A DNA stretch of 64,000 bases from a virus. The stretch lies in IMG/VR virus record IMGVR_UViG_3300021962_000031, one strand, 5' to 3'. The notes beneath the pieces are model-generated. The model was given only the letters and a program-made list of their open reading frames with translations, was not told the origin of the DNA and ran no database searches. Below are positions 27,012-36,709 of this stretch, one piece after another; within the stretch, counting starts at the first letter, position 1; every line of letters starts with the position of its first letter. The position numbers were made by a program, and so were the translations under genes.

Positions 27012-27687
27012 CTTCGTAGACGATCCTCGAGTCTCGTTCGCAAAGTCTGGCATAGAGGTCCTTGTCTTCGGACCAACTTTCGCCCGTCCAGAATTGGAAA
27101 CCTTCATGGCGTGCTTTGTAGGTGCTGGCATTCTCATAACCTCCCATGACGTAGTACCAGCGGCAGCCGTTTGACCGGGCAAGCGTGGCCTCGACATATG
27201 TACTAACCGAGCCGAGGGAGAGCTTGGGGTCGGCATAGTCCCAGGCGAACTGAACGCCAACGAAGGAGCGCGGATAGCTAAGGTAGGCAACGAAGGCGAC
27301 CGCCTTGCCATCCACCTTGTAGGTGAGCCAGGAAAACTCTCGGTTGGCCGCCAGTTCCTCAAAAACATGCCCGCTTGCGAACTCGTGGCGAACAAGATAA
27401 CCAGCTACGATCCGCTCGTAAGCATCCTTGTCAGGCTTTTCCGCATGCCAACTGGCGCATTTTAAAGCCCGACGAAAGTTTTTCTCGGCCGTGCGCCCGA
27501 AGCTCATGCGCTCCAGATCGTAACGGACGGAACGAGCAGGGAACCATTTGCCAGCCCACGGCAGAAATCCCATCTCTAGCATCTGATCGTGGGATTCACC
27601 CTCCTGGATGACCCAGCAGGGGGCGTGAATCAGATCGTGCTGGGTGATCTTGCCCCAGCCCTCAATATGATCAAACTCGATCTTCAT
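26998..27687 (-). CDS. ATE1/Bpt-like aminoacyl-tRNA-protein transferase (GNAT fold)
   Basis: MLEMGF, SVRYDL, DGKAVAF, FAWDYADPKLSLGSVS...LARSNGCRWYYVMGGYENASTYK matches the ATE1/Bpt C-terminal signature. Confidence 0.7.
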   Translation of the reverse strand: MKIEFDHIEGWGKITQHDLIHAPCWVIQEGESHDQMLEMGFLPWAGKWFPARSVRYDLERMSFGRTAEKNFRRALKCASWHAEKPDKDAYERIVAGYLVRHEFASGHVFEELAANREFSWLTYKVDGKAVAFVAYLSYPRSFVGVQFAWDYADPKLSLGSVSTYVEATLARSNGCRWYYVMGGYENASTYKARHEGFQFWTGESWSEDKDLYARLCERDSRIVYEDVYS

Positions 27688-28297
27688 CGGGCGGAAAACA
27701 TGGTGCGTCAGTACTACTCAAAACCTCCAAATCGGCATCGACAGCTTTGCCAAGGGCAGGTCGGGCACCATCTAGAACGAACACAGCGGCGTCCACCCAA
27801 GGCCAGTGACGAATATCATCAGGCGCATATTCGCCAGTAATCACGCAAAATGGTTCTTGATCGACTTGGATTTCTGGCGTCTGATGGCGCAACTTCAAGC
27901 AGGCTTGCTTGTAGTCTTCCGGTAGCCAGTAGCTGTAGGGGTCATAATCCAAGATAATTCTTTCTGTCTTGTAAATCTTGGCTTTGCCGAACTCGGCTTT
28001 CTCCAATTCTGCCAAGGCTTCTGCTGTCAACAGGGCGCGATGACTGAGCAGAACCGGGTGTTGCGATTTGGCCAAATGGCACACGGCCAAATAACCAGCT
28101 GTACCTGCGGGACAAATCGCCAGCTTCCAGAAAAACCGGGAACTAAAAGCCTTCAAGATTGGCAGAATTTCTCTTGGCTTGCCTTCCCAAGGCACAATGA
28201 CTTCAGTTTCAGGTGATGGACGATAAGCAGCAATCATGGATAGACACCGGGTCAGAGTGTCGAGATTTTCCGGCTTGTCCAAAACAATGCTCAGCAT
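27671..28297 (-). CDS. Hypothetical protein, possibly a degenerate GT-A fold
   Basis: MLSIVL...TLTRCLSMI...TEVIV start; inside the GT cluster. Confidence 0.4.
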   Translation of the reverse strand: MLSIVLDKPENLDTLTRCLSMIAAYRPSPETEVIVPWEGKPREILPILKAFSSRFFWKLAICPAGTAGYLAVCHLAKSQHPVLLSHRALLTAEALAELEKAEFGKAKIYKTERIILDYDPYSYWLPEDYKQACLKLRHQTPEIQVDQEPFCVITGEYAPDDIRHWPWVDAAVFVLDGARPALGKAVDADLEVLSSTDAPCFPPDEDRV

Positions 28298-29091
28298 GTC
28301 AGCATGGCCCTCATGAACGCCTGGGCAGAATCGACCGGCGTGTACTGAATAAACAAATCAACCAACTCACCAAAGACTTCTTGTCGTTCAAATTCGCTGC
28401 TAAGAACGAGGTCTTCGACAAGCTTTATGTAAGTTTCAGGAAGGTTGCGAGAAGTCGGAAGGGAATTGTCTCCGGCAACTACAGGGATAGTCCCCACTCG
28501 CAATGTCTCGTAAATTTTACGAACATCACTCGCCTCATCGGCAGACATGGCATGTACATAGGTCGAGGCCAAGGCACGCGCTCTTTCCTCGGTTGTCAGA
28601 GAGCCAGCGTAGTATGGAACAGGCCACGGCTTGTCGGCGTAGATACGGGCCACAAAACTCTCATTCTCAAACAGAGGGATAAAAAAAGCATCGTAGCCCG
28701 GACGGTATTGATCCAGAAAAATCACATCGGTCGCCAAATCGTTGCAATAAAGCGACTTGCCATCCAAACACATGAAAGGCCAACGGATGACAGGCAGCCC
28801 CTGCTCGTTGTCGTCGGTGGTGAACAGAAATGCCCCTGGCGGCAGCTTGTCCAAGAAAGTGAAACTATCCTGCCACAAGGCCAGTCGGCACTTGCCCTGA
28901 TTGCGAAGCAGGGCGGGTGTGATGGCGGATGTCGGGCCGATAAAAAGGTCGGGTTTCTGTCTGGCAAAGGCCTCGTGGGTGGGCATCTTTGACGGAACCC
29001 ACAGGGCCGCATCATGTCCAAGCTGAACAAAACCGCGTGCCAAGGCGCCTGTCCCCACACCATTGTCATCATTCTCAATGAGAATATTCAT
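28291..29091 (-). CDS. GT-B glycosyltransferase-like protein (CgeB-like)
   Basis: LARGFVQLGHD, KPDLFIG, RKIYETLRVG motifs. Confidence 0.5.
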   Translation of the reverse strand: MNILIENDDNGVGTGALARGFVQLGHDAALWVPSKMPTHEAFARQKPDLFIGPTSAITPALLRNQGKCRLALWQDSFTFLDKLPPGAFLFTTDDNEQGLPVIRWPFMCLDGKSLYCNDLATDVIFLDQYRPGYDAFFIPLFENESFVARIYADKPWPVPYYAGSLTTEERARALASTYVHAMSADEASDVRKIYETLRVGTIPVVAGDNSLPTSRNLPETYIKLVEDLVLSSEFERQEVFGELVDLFIQYTPVDSAQAFMRAMLTC

Positions 29092-29861
29092 GCTGTCACG
29101 CCCTTGCGCCTTAGCTTGGTAACCAAACTTTTAGCTCGTTCAATATCCTGAGTGCTGTCAATTTCTACGAGATTGGTCTTGTCTGGGTAAGCCGGCACAA
29201 TGATGCCATGCGCGTCAATAATTCCGTTAAGAACCTCATAGGCAAACCAACGGGCACTCTGATTGCGCGAAGCAACTCGCCGATACAAGTCAAGTTCCTT
29301 GTCTGCCAGTTGCACGGCCTGACCCCATTTGGGCCAGACCCCATAGCTGAAATGGCAGACTCGTTCTTGGTCGATGTTGCATCCGACTTCGCCAGAACGA
29401 TGATTCTGATTCTCGTCAATAATTGCGGCAGAACCTTCTTCTGGTAGGCATTCAAGAAAATCGGGTCCAAAAACCAAATCTCCACACATCAAAATCACCT
29501 TCTTGGCGTTTGCGTGATTTACGCCAACAAGGAGAGAGCGGGCCACATTGGTATCTTCGTGGGATGAGTTTTCTACCCAGCCAACATCCTTTGGCAAAAC
29601 CTTTATCACCCGATCCTTCTGGTAGCCAACAACCACGATGATTTCAGCTTTTGGCAATGCCTTGCGGGCGAACACAATCTGGCGACTGAGAACGGTCTCG
29701 CCGCCGCCGATTTCGATAAGGGCTTTTGGGCCTCGGGCCTTCATGCGGCGCCCAGCCCCAGCCGCGCTAATTACGACAGCAAGGTCTGGCAATGGCGATC
29801 CCTCATGATTTTTACCTGTTTGGCCATGAACTCGGATGGTGTGCGCCTGCTGAGCTGCCAT
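29088..29861 (-). CDS. Nucleotidyltransferase (LicC / sugar-phosphate NTP-transferase family)
   Basis: ISAAGAGRRMK..GPKAL, VVVGYQ, GDLVF, VEIDSTQD motifs. Confidence 0.85.
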   Translation of the reverse strand: MAAQQAHTIRVHGQTGKNHEGSPLPDLAVVISAAGAGRRMKARGPKALIEIGGGETVLSRQIVFARKALPKAEIIVVVGYQKDRVIKVLPKDVGWVENSSHEDTNVARSLLVGVNHANAKKVILMCGDLVFGPDFLECLPEEGSAAIIDENQNHRSGEVGCNIDQERVCHFSYGVWPKWGQAVQLADKELDLYRRVASRNQSARWFAYEVLNGIIDAHGIIVPAYPDKTNLVEIDSTQDIERAKSLVTKLRRKGVTA

Positions 29862-30520
29862 GTTCCTTCGTTGACGCTCATCATTGGATCGGGCAGATGT
29901 AGGATGACCCGGTCAGCAGCGATTCGCATCCACAATTCATAATCTTCGGCGGGAGGCAGGGCTTCATCGTACAAGCCGACATTTTCCAGAGCAGATTTGC
30001 GAATCACGCAAGCGGAATGAACCATGTTGTCAAAAAAGAGTTCTCGTTTTACGAACGCCTTTTTGCAATGGCGGAACGAGACGCCATCACGCACCTGGAA
30101 GTAATCGGTATAAACCGCACCGGCCATCTCTCCATACTTTTCCAGTAGGTCTACGCAGGCTTTCAGTCTGCCTGGAAGGAAACGGTCGTCCGCATCCAAA
30201 ATGGCAAAATATTTTGTCTTATCCCAACTGACTTTGATGGCCACATTTCGTGCAGCCGCTGGCCCTTGGGATTGGTGGGCAGAGAAAAGATTAACTTGGA
30301 CATCCTTGATCGTGCCGCGGACAAAAGGTATTTGCAAAATTTCATCGTGGGCGGCGTTTTCCATTGATCCCAAAAGAGTGCGCACGGAGTCATCGGTTGA
30401 GCCATCATCAACAACAACGACCAGTCCTGGCTTTTCTGCTGCGGCTGATTCAACCGCGCCCACCAGAAAATGGCCGTAGTTGTGATTAGCAATCACAACC
30501 GCAACATCCTCAAGCGACAT
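29771..30520 (-). CDS. GT2 glycosyltransferase
   Basis: VVDDGSTD, GPAAARN, LDADD, EDYELWMR. Confidence 0.9.
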   Translation of the reverse strand: MSLEDVAVVIANHNYGHFLVGAVESAAAEKPGLVVVVDDGSTDDSVRTLLGSMENAAHDEILQIPFVRGTIKDVQVNLFSAHQSQGPAAARNVAIKVSWDKTKYFAILDADDRFLPGRLKACVDLLEKYGEMAGAVYTDYFQVRDGVSFRHCKKAFVKRELFFDNMVHSACVIRKSALENVGLYDEALPPAEDYELWMRIAADRVILHLPDPMMSVNEGTWQLSRRTPSEFMAKQVKIMRDRHCQTLLS

Positions 30521-31307
30521 GAGGAAGTTTTCCGTCGATGATCAGGTATTTGGAATTCTGTGCCTGAGCGATTCGCCTCAGCTTTTCGGATATGCTGGCG
30601 ATCTTCTCTTCGGTCCCTTCCCAAACCACTTCGTGGAAGCCTCCGGCCATGTTGAAGGCCATGGTTTGCACAAGCGTGCCATGAATCATGCCGGGGTCCA
30701 CCAACACAACCCGCTGCCCCTGATCGTTGATGAGATGATCAAGATCGGACAGGTAACAGTTTTCCAGTTCCTTGCCAGCCTCGGCAAACAAGATGAAAAC
30801 CGATTTCAGGTTGTTCCCTGCCCCCTCCTGAAGCGAGTCAAGTTCGGTGTATGATTCGTCCATTACAAATCGCAGCGAGTAGGGATAAGACAGGGACAAG
30901 TCGCGCAGGGTGGCCAGAACATCCTTGGGCTTGACCACGGAACGGGGAGTGATAACGAACACAACTTCGTTCGGCTTAAGGCTTTGCTGCTCCAACATTT
31001 CTGCGGTGCGGGCGACATCAGACAATTCGCCACGCTCACAGGAGACGATGGCGGCGACGGCAAGGACTCGTTCCTTTCGCGCCTCGGCTATCGCTTGACC
31101 ATCTTCAAGTTCCTTCATCCAATCCAAAGGACGGAATAGGGGGCAGAACCGATCAATCGTTTTGTAGGACTTTGTCCCGCCGATGTCTTCTAGCTCAATC
31201 TTTCCTTCTGACCGAAAATAGTCCAGCATGTTAGCGCGACAGCCGGTCTGGTCTCCGCTGACATTACGAATGGCGAAACGACATTTTTCACACGAAGTGC
31301 TGATCAT
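30510..31307 (-). CDS. Hypothetical protein with N-terminal Cys cluster and degenerate GT2-like domain
   Basis: CEKC...C...C; LEQQSLKPNEVVFV; FNMAGGF; no DxD. Confidence 0.45.
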   Translation of the reverse strand: MISTSCEKCRFAIRNVSGDQTGCRANMLDYFRSEGKIELEDIGGTKSYKTIDRFCPLFRPLDWMKELEDGQAIAEARKERVLAVAAIVSCERGELSDVARTAEMLEQQSLKPNEVVFVITPRSVVKPKDVLATLRDLSLSYPYSLRFVMDESYTELDSLQEGAGNNLKSVFILFAEAGKELENCYLSDLDHLINDQGQRVVLVDPGMIHGTLVQTMAFNMAGGFHEVVWEGTEEKIASISEKLRRIAQAQNSKYLIIDGKLPHVA

Positions 31308-31756
31308 TGACGGATGGCCTCCACATAGCTGGTGAAATCGCTGACATAGGAACGGACGGGGGTCATGCCCAGGCTACTGAGCATGGTGCGAAGCTGGGGC
31401 AGAGTTCCTGCGCTGGTGCGCCTTTGTCCGCCGCCACCGCCGTAAATGAGTTGTATAAAATCAGAAATGTCGCCCAGAGTGACTTTCCGACAAACCTCAA
31501 CAATCTCGCGAGTGCCGACAACCATCACGCCGCCTCTCGCTAGTCTGGAGACCCAGTGGGTCAACAGCTTGGTGCGGAACTCAAAAGGGTAATAATCCAA
31601 GACATCGGTCGCTTGGATTTCCAGGGCCTCGCCCTCTTCGGCAAGCTGACTAAGATCGGCAGGATTGCCGGGTGATTCTTGACTGGCTGGATCGACCTCG
31701 ATAAAGCCGGGTAGGCCGAGCTTTTGGCCTCCCACAGTCATGCGGATTTTGACCAT
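31304..31756 (-). CDS. Class I SAM methyltransferase-like protein, degenerate
   Basis: EIQATDVLDY...LLTHWVSRLARGG pattern; poor Gly-rich motif I. Confidence 0.55.
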   Translation of the reverse strand: MVKIRMTVGGQKLGLPGFIEVDPASQESPGNPADLSQLAEEGEALEIQATDVLDYYPFEFRTKLLTHWVSRLARGGVMVVGTREIVEVCRKVTLGDISDFIQLIYGGGGGQRRTSAGTLPQLRTMLSSLGMTPVRSYVSDFTSYVEAIRQ

Positions 31757-32769
31757 TGCTTCCTCCACCACGGTGCGCGGGCGGCAACTTGCAATGCCTG
31801 TCCCCACTCCCGAACAAAACGCTCCAAACCAAACCGCTGACGGGCCTTTTCCGCAGCAGCTCTACCGATTACCTCGCAGTAGGCGGGATTGCCCAAAAGC
31901 CTTTTGACAATAGCGTTCATTTCCTCGGGAGTGTCCACAAGGAAACCGGTCACGCCATGTTCAATGGCTTCGGTCACCGCCCCAGCCCGGTAGGAAACAA
32001 CACAACAGCCAGAGGCCATGGCCTCAAGGACGGTGGTCGGGAAGGTGGAGCGGGTGGCCGTGTTCAGGAATATCAGACTTGTGCGGTATGCCTCGGTCAG
32101 CTCTTGCACGTTGGCGGCAGCTTTGGACAGCCCGGGCGTATCGCCCAGAACACGAGTGGAAAGATCGGCAGTAGCCAGTTTCCAGAATGAGAAACCGCAA
32201 GCGGCGTCTCGCTTGATCCAGTCGTTGACAACGCTCAGGCAGATCGGTTCACGCGGCACCCAAGGCTCATGCGGACAAAACTGATTCGTGTCAATGGCGT
32301 TGTATATGACACTAGTGTCGGGAAGGACCTGACTGTCCCATTCCAGTCGCTGATTGTCGGTGATGTAGACATTGTGGTCACCACGCCGAGAAGACACTGC
32401 ACGCCGGGTATTTTCGTCCCAGCCTTCTTCGGGCAAGGTGTGTTCCAAACGCAAGAGCGGCACATTGTAGAAGGTCGCAGCCTGTAAAGCCCGGTCAAAC
32501 TGGCTATGGTGTTGACATAAGACGAGGTCCAAATCAATTTCTACGGGAATGGCTGGCGACGACGGATGGAAGGGGAGCAGCACATGATTGTCCGGCATGG
32601 CGGCGTAGTGATGCACCCAGGGCTTGGCGTACTGGTCGTTCCACAACAAAAAAGTAGCGTTTATATCAGCCCAGGCACTCTGAAACCGTTCGTGCGTGGT
32701 AAAGGTCAGGACATTGACCCTCTCCGGCGAACGAACGGCGCTATTCAGAATGCTGGCTATGTTGGGCAT
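31738..32769 (-). CDS. GT4 glycosyltransferase
   Basis: IYNAIDTNQF, FPTTVLEAMASGCCVV, HGVTGFLV. Confidence 0.9.
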   Translation of the reverse strand: MPNIASILNSAVRSPERVNVLTFTTHERFQSAWADINATFLLWNDQYAKPWVHHYAAMPDNHVLLPFHPSSPAIPVEIDLDLVLCQHHSQFDRALQAATFYNVPLLRLEHTLPEEGWDENTRRAVSSRRGDHNVYITDNQRLEWDSQVLPDTSVIYNAIDTNQFCPHEPWVPREPICLSVVNDWIKRDAACGFSFWKLATADLSTRVLGDTPGLSKAAANVQELTEAYRTSLIFLNTATRSTFPTTVLEAMASGCCVVSYRAGAVTEAIEHGVTGFLVDTPEEMNAIVKRLLGNPAYCEVIGRAAAEKARQRFGLERFVREWGQALQVAARAPWWRKQWSKSA

Positions 32770-32834
32770 AACAGTATCCGTTAATAGCGGCCGAAGCGAC
32801 CGCTGCTAACGATCTTACCCGGGAAGAGGGAGGC

Positions 32835-33578
32835 TTAGTCTCCCAAACGCTCAAGGATATGGCGAATTAAGCCATGGCGCTGAACGTCTTCTGGCCCCAG
32901 AGTGACCTTGGCGATGTCAGGATGACCCAACTTTTCCCACACCCAGATGAGCGGATTGCCTTCGCTGTGGGGCAAGTCTGTCTGGGTAACGTCTCCGCAA
33001 ACAATGACCTTGGAGTTCTCGCCGAATCGGGTCAAAAACATCTTCATCTGTCGGCGGGTTACATTCTGAGCCTCGTCCAGAATGATCACCGAGTTATGAA
33101 ATGTCCGACCGCGCATCGTTTCCAGGGGGACCACTTCAATGGTCTCTTTGTTGCGACAGTGCTTAAGAAAGCCAGGGTCAAGAAAATCCCCGAAGGCATC
33201 AAACATGGGGGCCATGAAAGGATCGGTCTTTTCGCCCAAAGTTCCAGGCAGGGCGCCCAGTCTTTGACCACATTCCACGATGGGGCGGGTAAGAATAACC
33301 TTCTCAATCTTGTTTTCAGACAACCAGTTGGCGGCCAGACCGCAGGGGATATAGGTTTTGCCACATCCAGCTGGGCCGGTGCAGATTGTTAATGTGCAAG
33401 CCTCGATGTTGTTGATGTAGTTCTGTTGGTTGGGCGTCCGAGCCTTAATTTTTTTGGTGTTCTTCTTGGATACAGCCCGTTGTTCGACGTCGGCGTCTCG
33501 TGCTTCCTGCCAAGGAATCTGGTCTTCGCCATCGAAGTCCTCAAGGAAGTCCGTCCACAGCTTGTTTTTGCGTCGCAT
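32835..33578 (-). CDS. phoH: PhoH-family ATPase
   Basis: GPAGCGKT, LGALPG, MRGRTF, LDEAQN, GDVTQTD. Confidence 0.95.
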   Translation of the reverse strand: MRRKNKLWTDFLEDFDGEDQIPWQEARDADVEQRAVSKKNTKKIKARTPNQQNYINNIEACTLTICTGPAGCGKTYIPCGLAANWLSENKIEKVILTRPIVECGQRLGALPGTLGEKTDPFMAPMFDAFGDFLDPGFLKHCRNKETIEVVPLETMRGRTFHNSVIILDEAQNVTRRQMKMFLTRFGENSKVIVCGDVTQTDLPHSEGNPLIWVWEKLGHPDIAKVTLGPEDVQRHGLIRHILERLGD

Positions 33579-34668
33579 GGGTTAAAGCCTCCAGGAAGGT
33601 CTTGCCGACCTTCAGGGGGTTGAATTGGAACGCCACATCCAGACCCCGCGCCGCTTTTACCTGGCGAAGGTCGTCCTCCATGTAAGCCCTTCGCATCAGC
33701 CCAGCCATCTCCAAAGTGAACGGAACCTGCCAATACTCGTCGCCACGGTACAGTTCGGCAGGTTCGTCCTGCCCTCCCGTACAAGGCTCGTCGTAAGTTG
33801 GAATCAGATAACCGGTCTCCTCGGAGATATAGGACTGATATGTTCCGGTGTCGGGTACGATGGGGGTTTTGCCCATCGCCATAGCATCGAATGCGGGATA
33901 TGACCAAGCTTCGCCACAGGAAGCCTGGACAAAACAGTTGGCGTATGCGTGGAGGCCCATGAGTTCGTCCTCACTCAATCTTTCGGTGAGAACGACAACC
34001 TCCGGCAGATAGTGAAGCTTCATTCCGTTGGCGATTTCTTGCATCATCGCCTGGACGCGGTGTTGTTCACCGTTTGTCTTAATGATGAGGACTGTATTGT
34101 CGGTGGGTCGGAATGCGCTGAAATAACTTTTGATCAGACCGCCCAAGTTCTTGCGCCGAACATTTTCGCTAATCGTGTAGAAGATAAATTTGCCAGCCTT
34201 GACATAAGGCTGGAGAAAACTGGGGACTGTGTGGGTTTTCATGTAGCGGTCGGGATCGCTGGGCAAGGGCAGGCTAGCCACAGGGACTTTGACATTGCTG
34301 TTCTTACAGGCCTCGGTCGAGATACCGGGCGTGGTGACCACAAGGTCCATCTGATTCAAACGCAGGTCCCACCCCGCCGAATTAAAGCGGGAAGCCTCGT
34401 AATAAAAGTTGGCCACATTCAGACCCAGTCTGCGGTCGAACAAGGTGACTGACGGGAGGGTGTGCTGGATGACCACATCCCATTTGGTGGGCGGGTTTTT
34501 TTCTTCCAGTCGATAGATTCTTTCTGGGCAGGATTGTTGACCGCCATTGAAAGTGATTGGACGACAGACGACATTGGCCCCGGCTGTCTCCAAAGCAATG
34601 GCTGATTCGCAACAAGCTCTTGCGTAGCCTGTGCCGTCGTGAAAATTTCCCACATAGAGAATATTCAT
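33541..34668 (-). CDS. GT4 glycosyltransferase
   Basis: GTGYA, RRKNLGGLI, SCGEAWSYPAFDAMAMGK. Confidence 0.88.
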   Translation of the reverse strand: MNILYVGNFHDGTGYARACCESAIALETAGANVVCRPITFNGGQQSCPERIYRLEEKNPPTKWDVVIQHTLPSVTLFDRRLGLNVANFYYEASRFNSAGWDLRLNQMDLVVTTPGISTEACKNSNVKVPVASLPLPSDPDRYMKTHTVPSFLQPYVKAGKFIFYTISENVRRKNLGGLIKSYFSAFRPTDNTVLIIKTNGEQHRVQAMMQEIANGMKLHYLPEVVVLTERLSEDELMGLHAYANCFVQASCGEAWSYPAFDAMAMGKTPIVPDTGTYQSYISEETGYLIPTYDEPCTGGQDEPAELYRGDEYWQVPFTLEMAGLMRRAYMEDDLRQVKAARGLDVAFQFNPLKVGKTFLEALTHATQKQAVDGLP

Positions 34669-36263
34669 GACCGCTGAGCCTCCCAGAACTCCACACGCTC
34701 ACGCTCCGCACAAAGTTGCGCCCAGGCATGCTTCCGTTCGTAGCCGCCCAGTCTGCCGCCAGGCCCGAAGCCGGTAAAACGTCCGGGAGTGAAGGTGGTA
34801 TCGCAAAAAGTCCTTGAGAGGTCTCGGGTCATTCTCTGAGCCACAAAACCAGCCTGGGCCGAAGAAATACCCAGGGCTGACTGAAACGCCTCGTCAACCC
34901 ACTCTCTGTTAGTGAGATGATCAGGGGGCATTTGCAGAGGTGGCAATTTTCGTGCAGTATCTTGATATCTTTTTATAGGTGGTGAAAGTTTACTGATTGC
35001 ATTGTGCCAAATCCCACCCGCTAGATCATAGTCAAAAGTTTTGATGGCCAAATCTCGTTGCTTGGAGCCAATTGCTCTACGAGCAGCTGGAGGCAACAAA
35101 AGAAGGTTGTTCAAAATTGCGATAAGATCATCGTTTTTAGGTAGGGCCATAACTCGGCCCGTTTCCAGTTCGGTGAATGTGCGCTCGACCGAAATGGCTT
35201 GGGCATCCAAAGCGGACGCCACACTGGACATGGCAGTAAAATCGACCGAGGTCACCGGAACACCACAGGAGGCAGCTTCCACCTGGGGCATTCCAAATCC
35301 CTCGCAGACCGAGTATTGTACGAACACGTCCATGGATGAATACACCGGGCGCATGAACGCACGGGGCAGGCCAGCAGCCACGCCGGGAGTGGTTAATTCC
35401 CCACTAGCACAGAAGGGGCAGTACCCCGAAGGTAGCTGCCAAAGCAAGGCAGAGGCCCTGTCGCACTTCTTGCACGCAAAAGTAAACAGGGTTCTGTGGG
35501 CCACATTGTAGCGAAGAAGGTATTTAGGGATGTCCCACCCAACATCCGGCCATGCCGTGTGACAATATAGATACAATCGATTGGCAATATGGGCTGGTGC
35601 GGACAGCAAGAACTTCTCAAAAGTTTCAAATAAATCCGGCAACAATTTCCGGCCTTGGTTTCGCATGACCGTCCCAATAACTAGGGCATCCTGCGAGATG
35701 TTGAGGGCCTTTCGCGCCTCCTTTTGGTCAAGTGGATGAAACACATCCGGCTCAGCACCAGGAGAAGCAACCCCAAACAAATTAAGACCAGGAAACTTCT
35801 TCAGGACGTCAAAACCATACTGAGAGTAAGCGAGAATCGCATCGGCACGGTTGAGAATCGCAATCCATTCCTCATCTTGCGGCTCACCGTCTACTGGATG
35901 CATGAATACCCAACGGAAATAGTCGCGCAGGGGAGAATAGGCGATGAACGAATCCTGCCACGGATCACGCATGGAGATCACGACATCGGGCCGGAACTTC
36001 ACCACCGCTTCCTCAAAAGCCGTAGCTCCAAGAGCGGCGTTGGAGTTAATCAACGCAGACGATGGATAATCATCACCTCTGGTAGTCACAAAAAAGGCGG
36101 GCCAGGGAGACCCGGCCCGCCTTGGATCGTTTGGAGTGCCGTAACACGCCAATTCACCGATTTCGTGACCAACAGCTTTTAGTCTTCGGGCGATCTGTAG
36201 CGCATAAGTGGCGTAGCCGGTTTGCAGCCAAGTCGCCTCGCCAACTAGAAGGATGCGGGCCAT
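34665..36263 (-). CDS. GT4 glycosyltransferase with a zinc-ribbon insertion
   Basis: TGYA, RNQGRK, EGFGMPQVEAASCG; CKKC...CPFC insertion. Confidence 0.9.
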   Translation of the reverse strand: MARILLVGEATWLQTGYATYALQIARRLKAVGHEIGELACYGTPNDPRRAGSPWPAFFVTTRGDDYPSSALINSNAALGATAFEEAVVKFRPDVVISMRDPWQDSFIAYSPLRDYFRWVFMHPVDGEPQDEEWIAILNRADAILAYSQYGFDVLKKFPGLNLFGVASPGAEPDVFHPLDQKEARKALNISQDALVIGTVMRNQGRKLLPDLFETFEKFLLSAPAHIANRLYLYCHTAWPDVGWDIPKYLLRYNVAHRTLFTFACKKCDRASALLWQLPSGYCPFCASGELTTPGVAAGLPRAFMRPVYSSMDVFVQYSVCEGFGMPQVEAASCGVPVTSVDFTAMSSVASALDAQAISVERTFTELETGRVMALPKNDDLIAILNNLLLLPPAARRAIGSKQRDLAIKTFDYDLAGGIWHNAISKLSPPIKRYQDTARKLPPLQMPPDHLTNREWVDEAFQSALGISSAQAGFVAQRMTRDLSRTFCDTTFTPGRFTGFGPGGRLGGYERKHAWAQLCAERERVEFWEAQRS

Positions 36264-36272
36264 TGCTTATTC

Positions 36273-36701
36273 TCAGAAGGGGATTTCTTCGGCGTCATTA
36301 CCGCTGGCAAAACCGGGGCCGTCCTCTTGGTCGGCACCCACACCCGCTCCAACAGCAGAGCGGCTACTGCCCTTGGCTTCATTTTTGCCACCAAGGAAGG
36401 TGAAGTTGTTCACCCGGAAGCGCAAAGTCGAACGCTTGCTGCCGGTGGCCTTGTCGGTCCATGAGTCGGTGCGGGCGGTGGCCGTGACGGCGATCTTGGA
36501 ACCCTTCTTCATGTACTCGGCAATGATGTCTGCCGATTTGTCCCAGGCTTCGCAATCGATGAAGGCGACTTCTTCCTCGCCGTTCTTGCTCTTGCGACCG
36601 CCGTTCACCGCAATTGTGAATTTCACTACGCGGTGATCAGCCCCGACCGAGTGAACTTCAGGGTCACGCACAAAGTTCCCAATAAATACGCAATTGTTCA
36701 C
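36273..36701 (-). CDS. ssb: Single-stranded DNA-binding protein
   Basis: GNFVRDPE, FIDCEAW, KKGSKI, acidic tail ending in IPF. Confidence 0.95.
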   Translation of the reverse strand: MNNCVFIGNFVRDPEVHSVGADHRVVKFTIAVNGGRKSKNGEEEVAFIDCEAWDKSADIIAEYMKKGSKIAVTATARTDSWTDKATGSKRSTLRFRVNNFTFLGGKNEAKGSSRSAVGAGVGADQEDGPGFASGNDAEEIPF

Positions 36702-36709
36702 AATTCACC

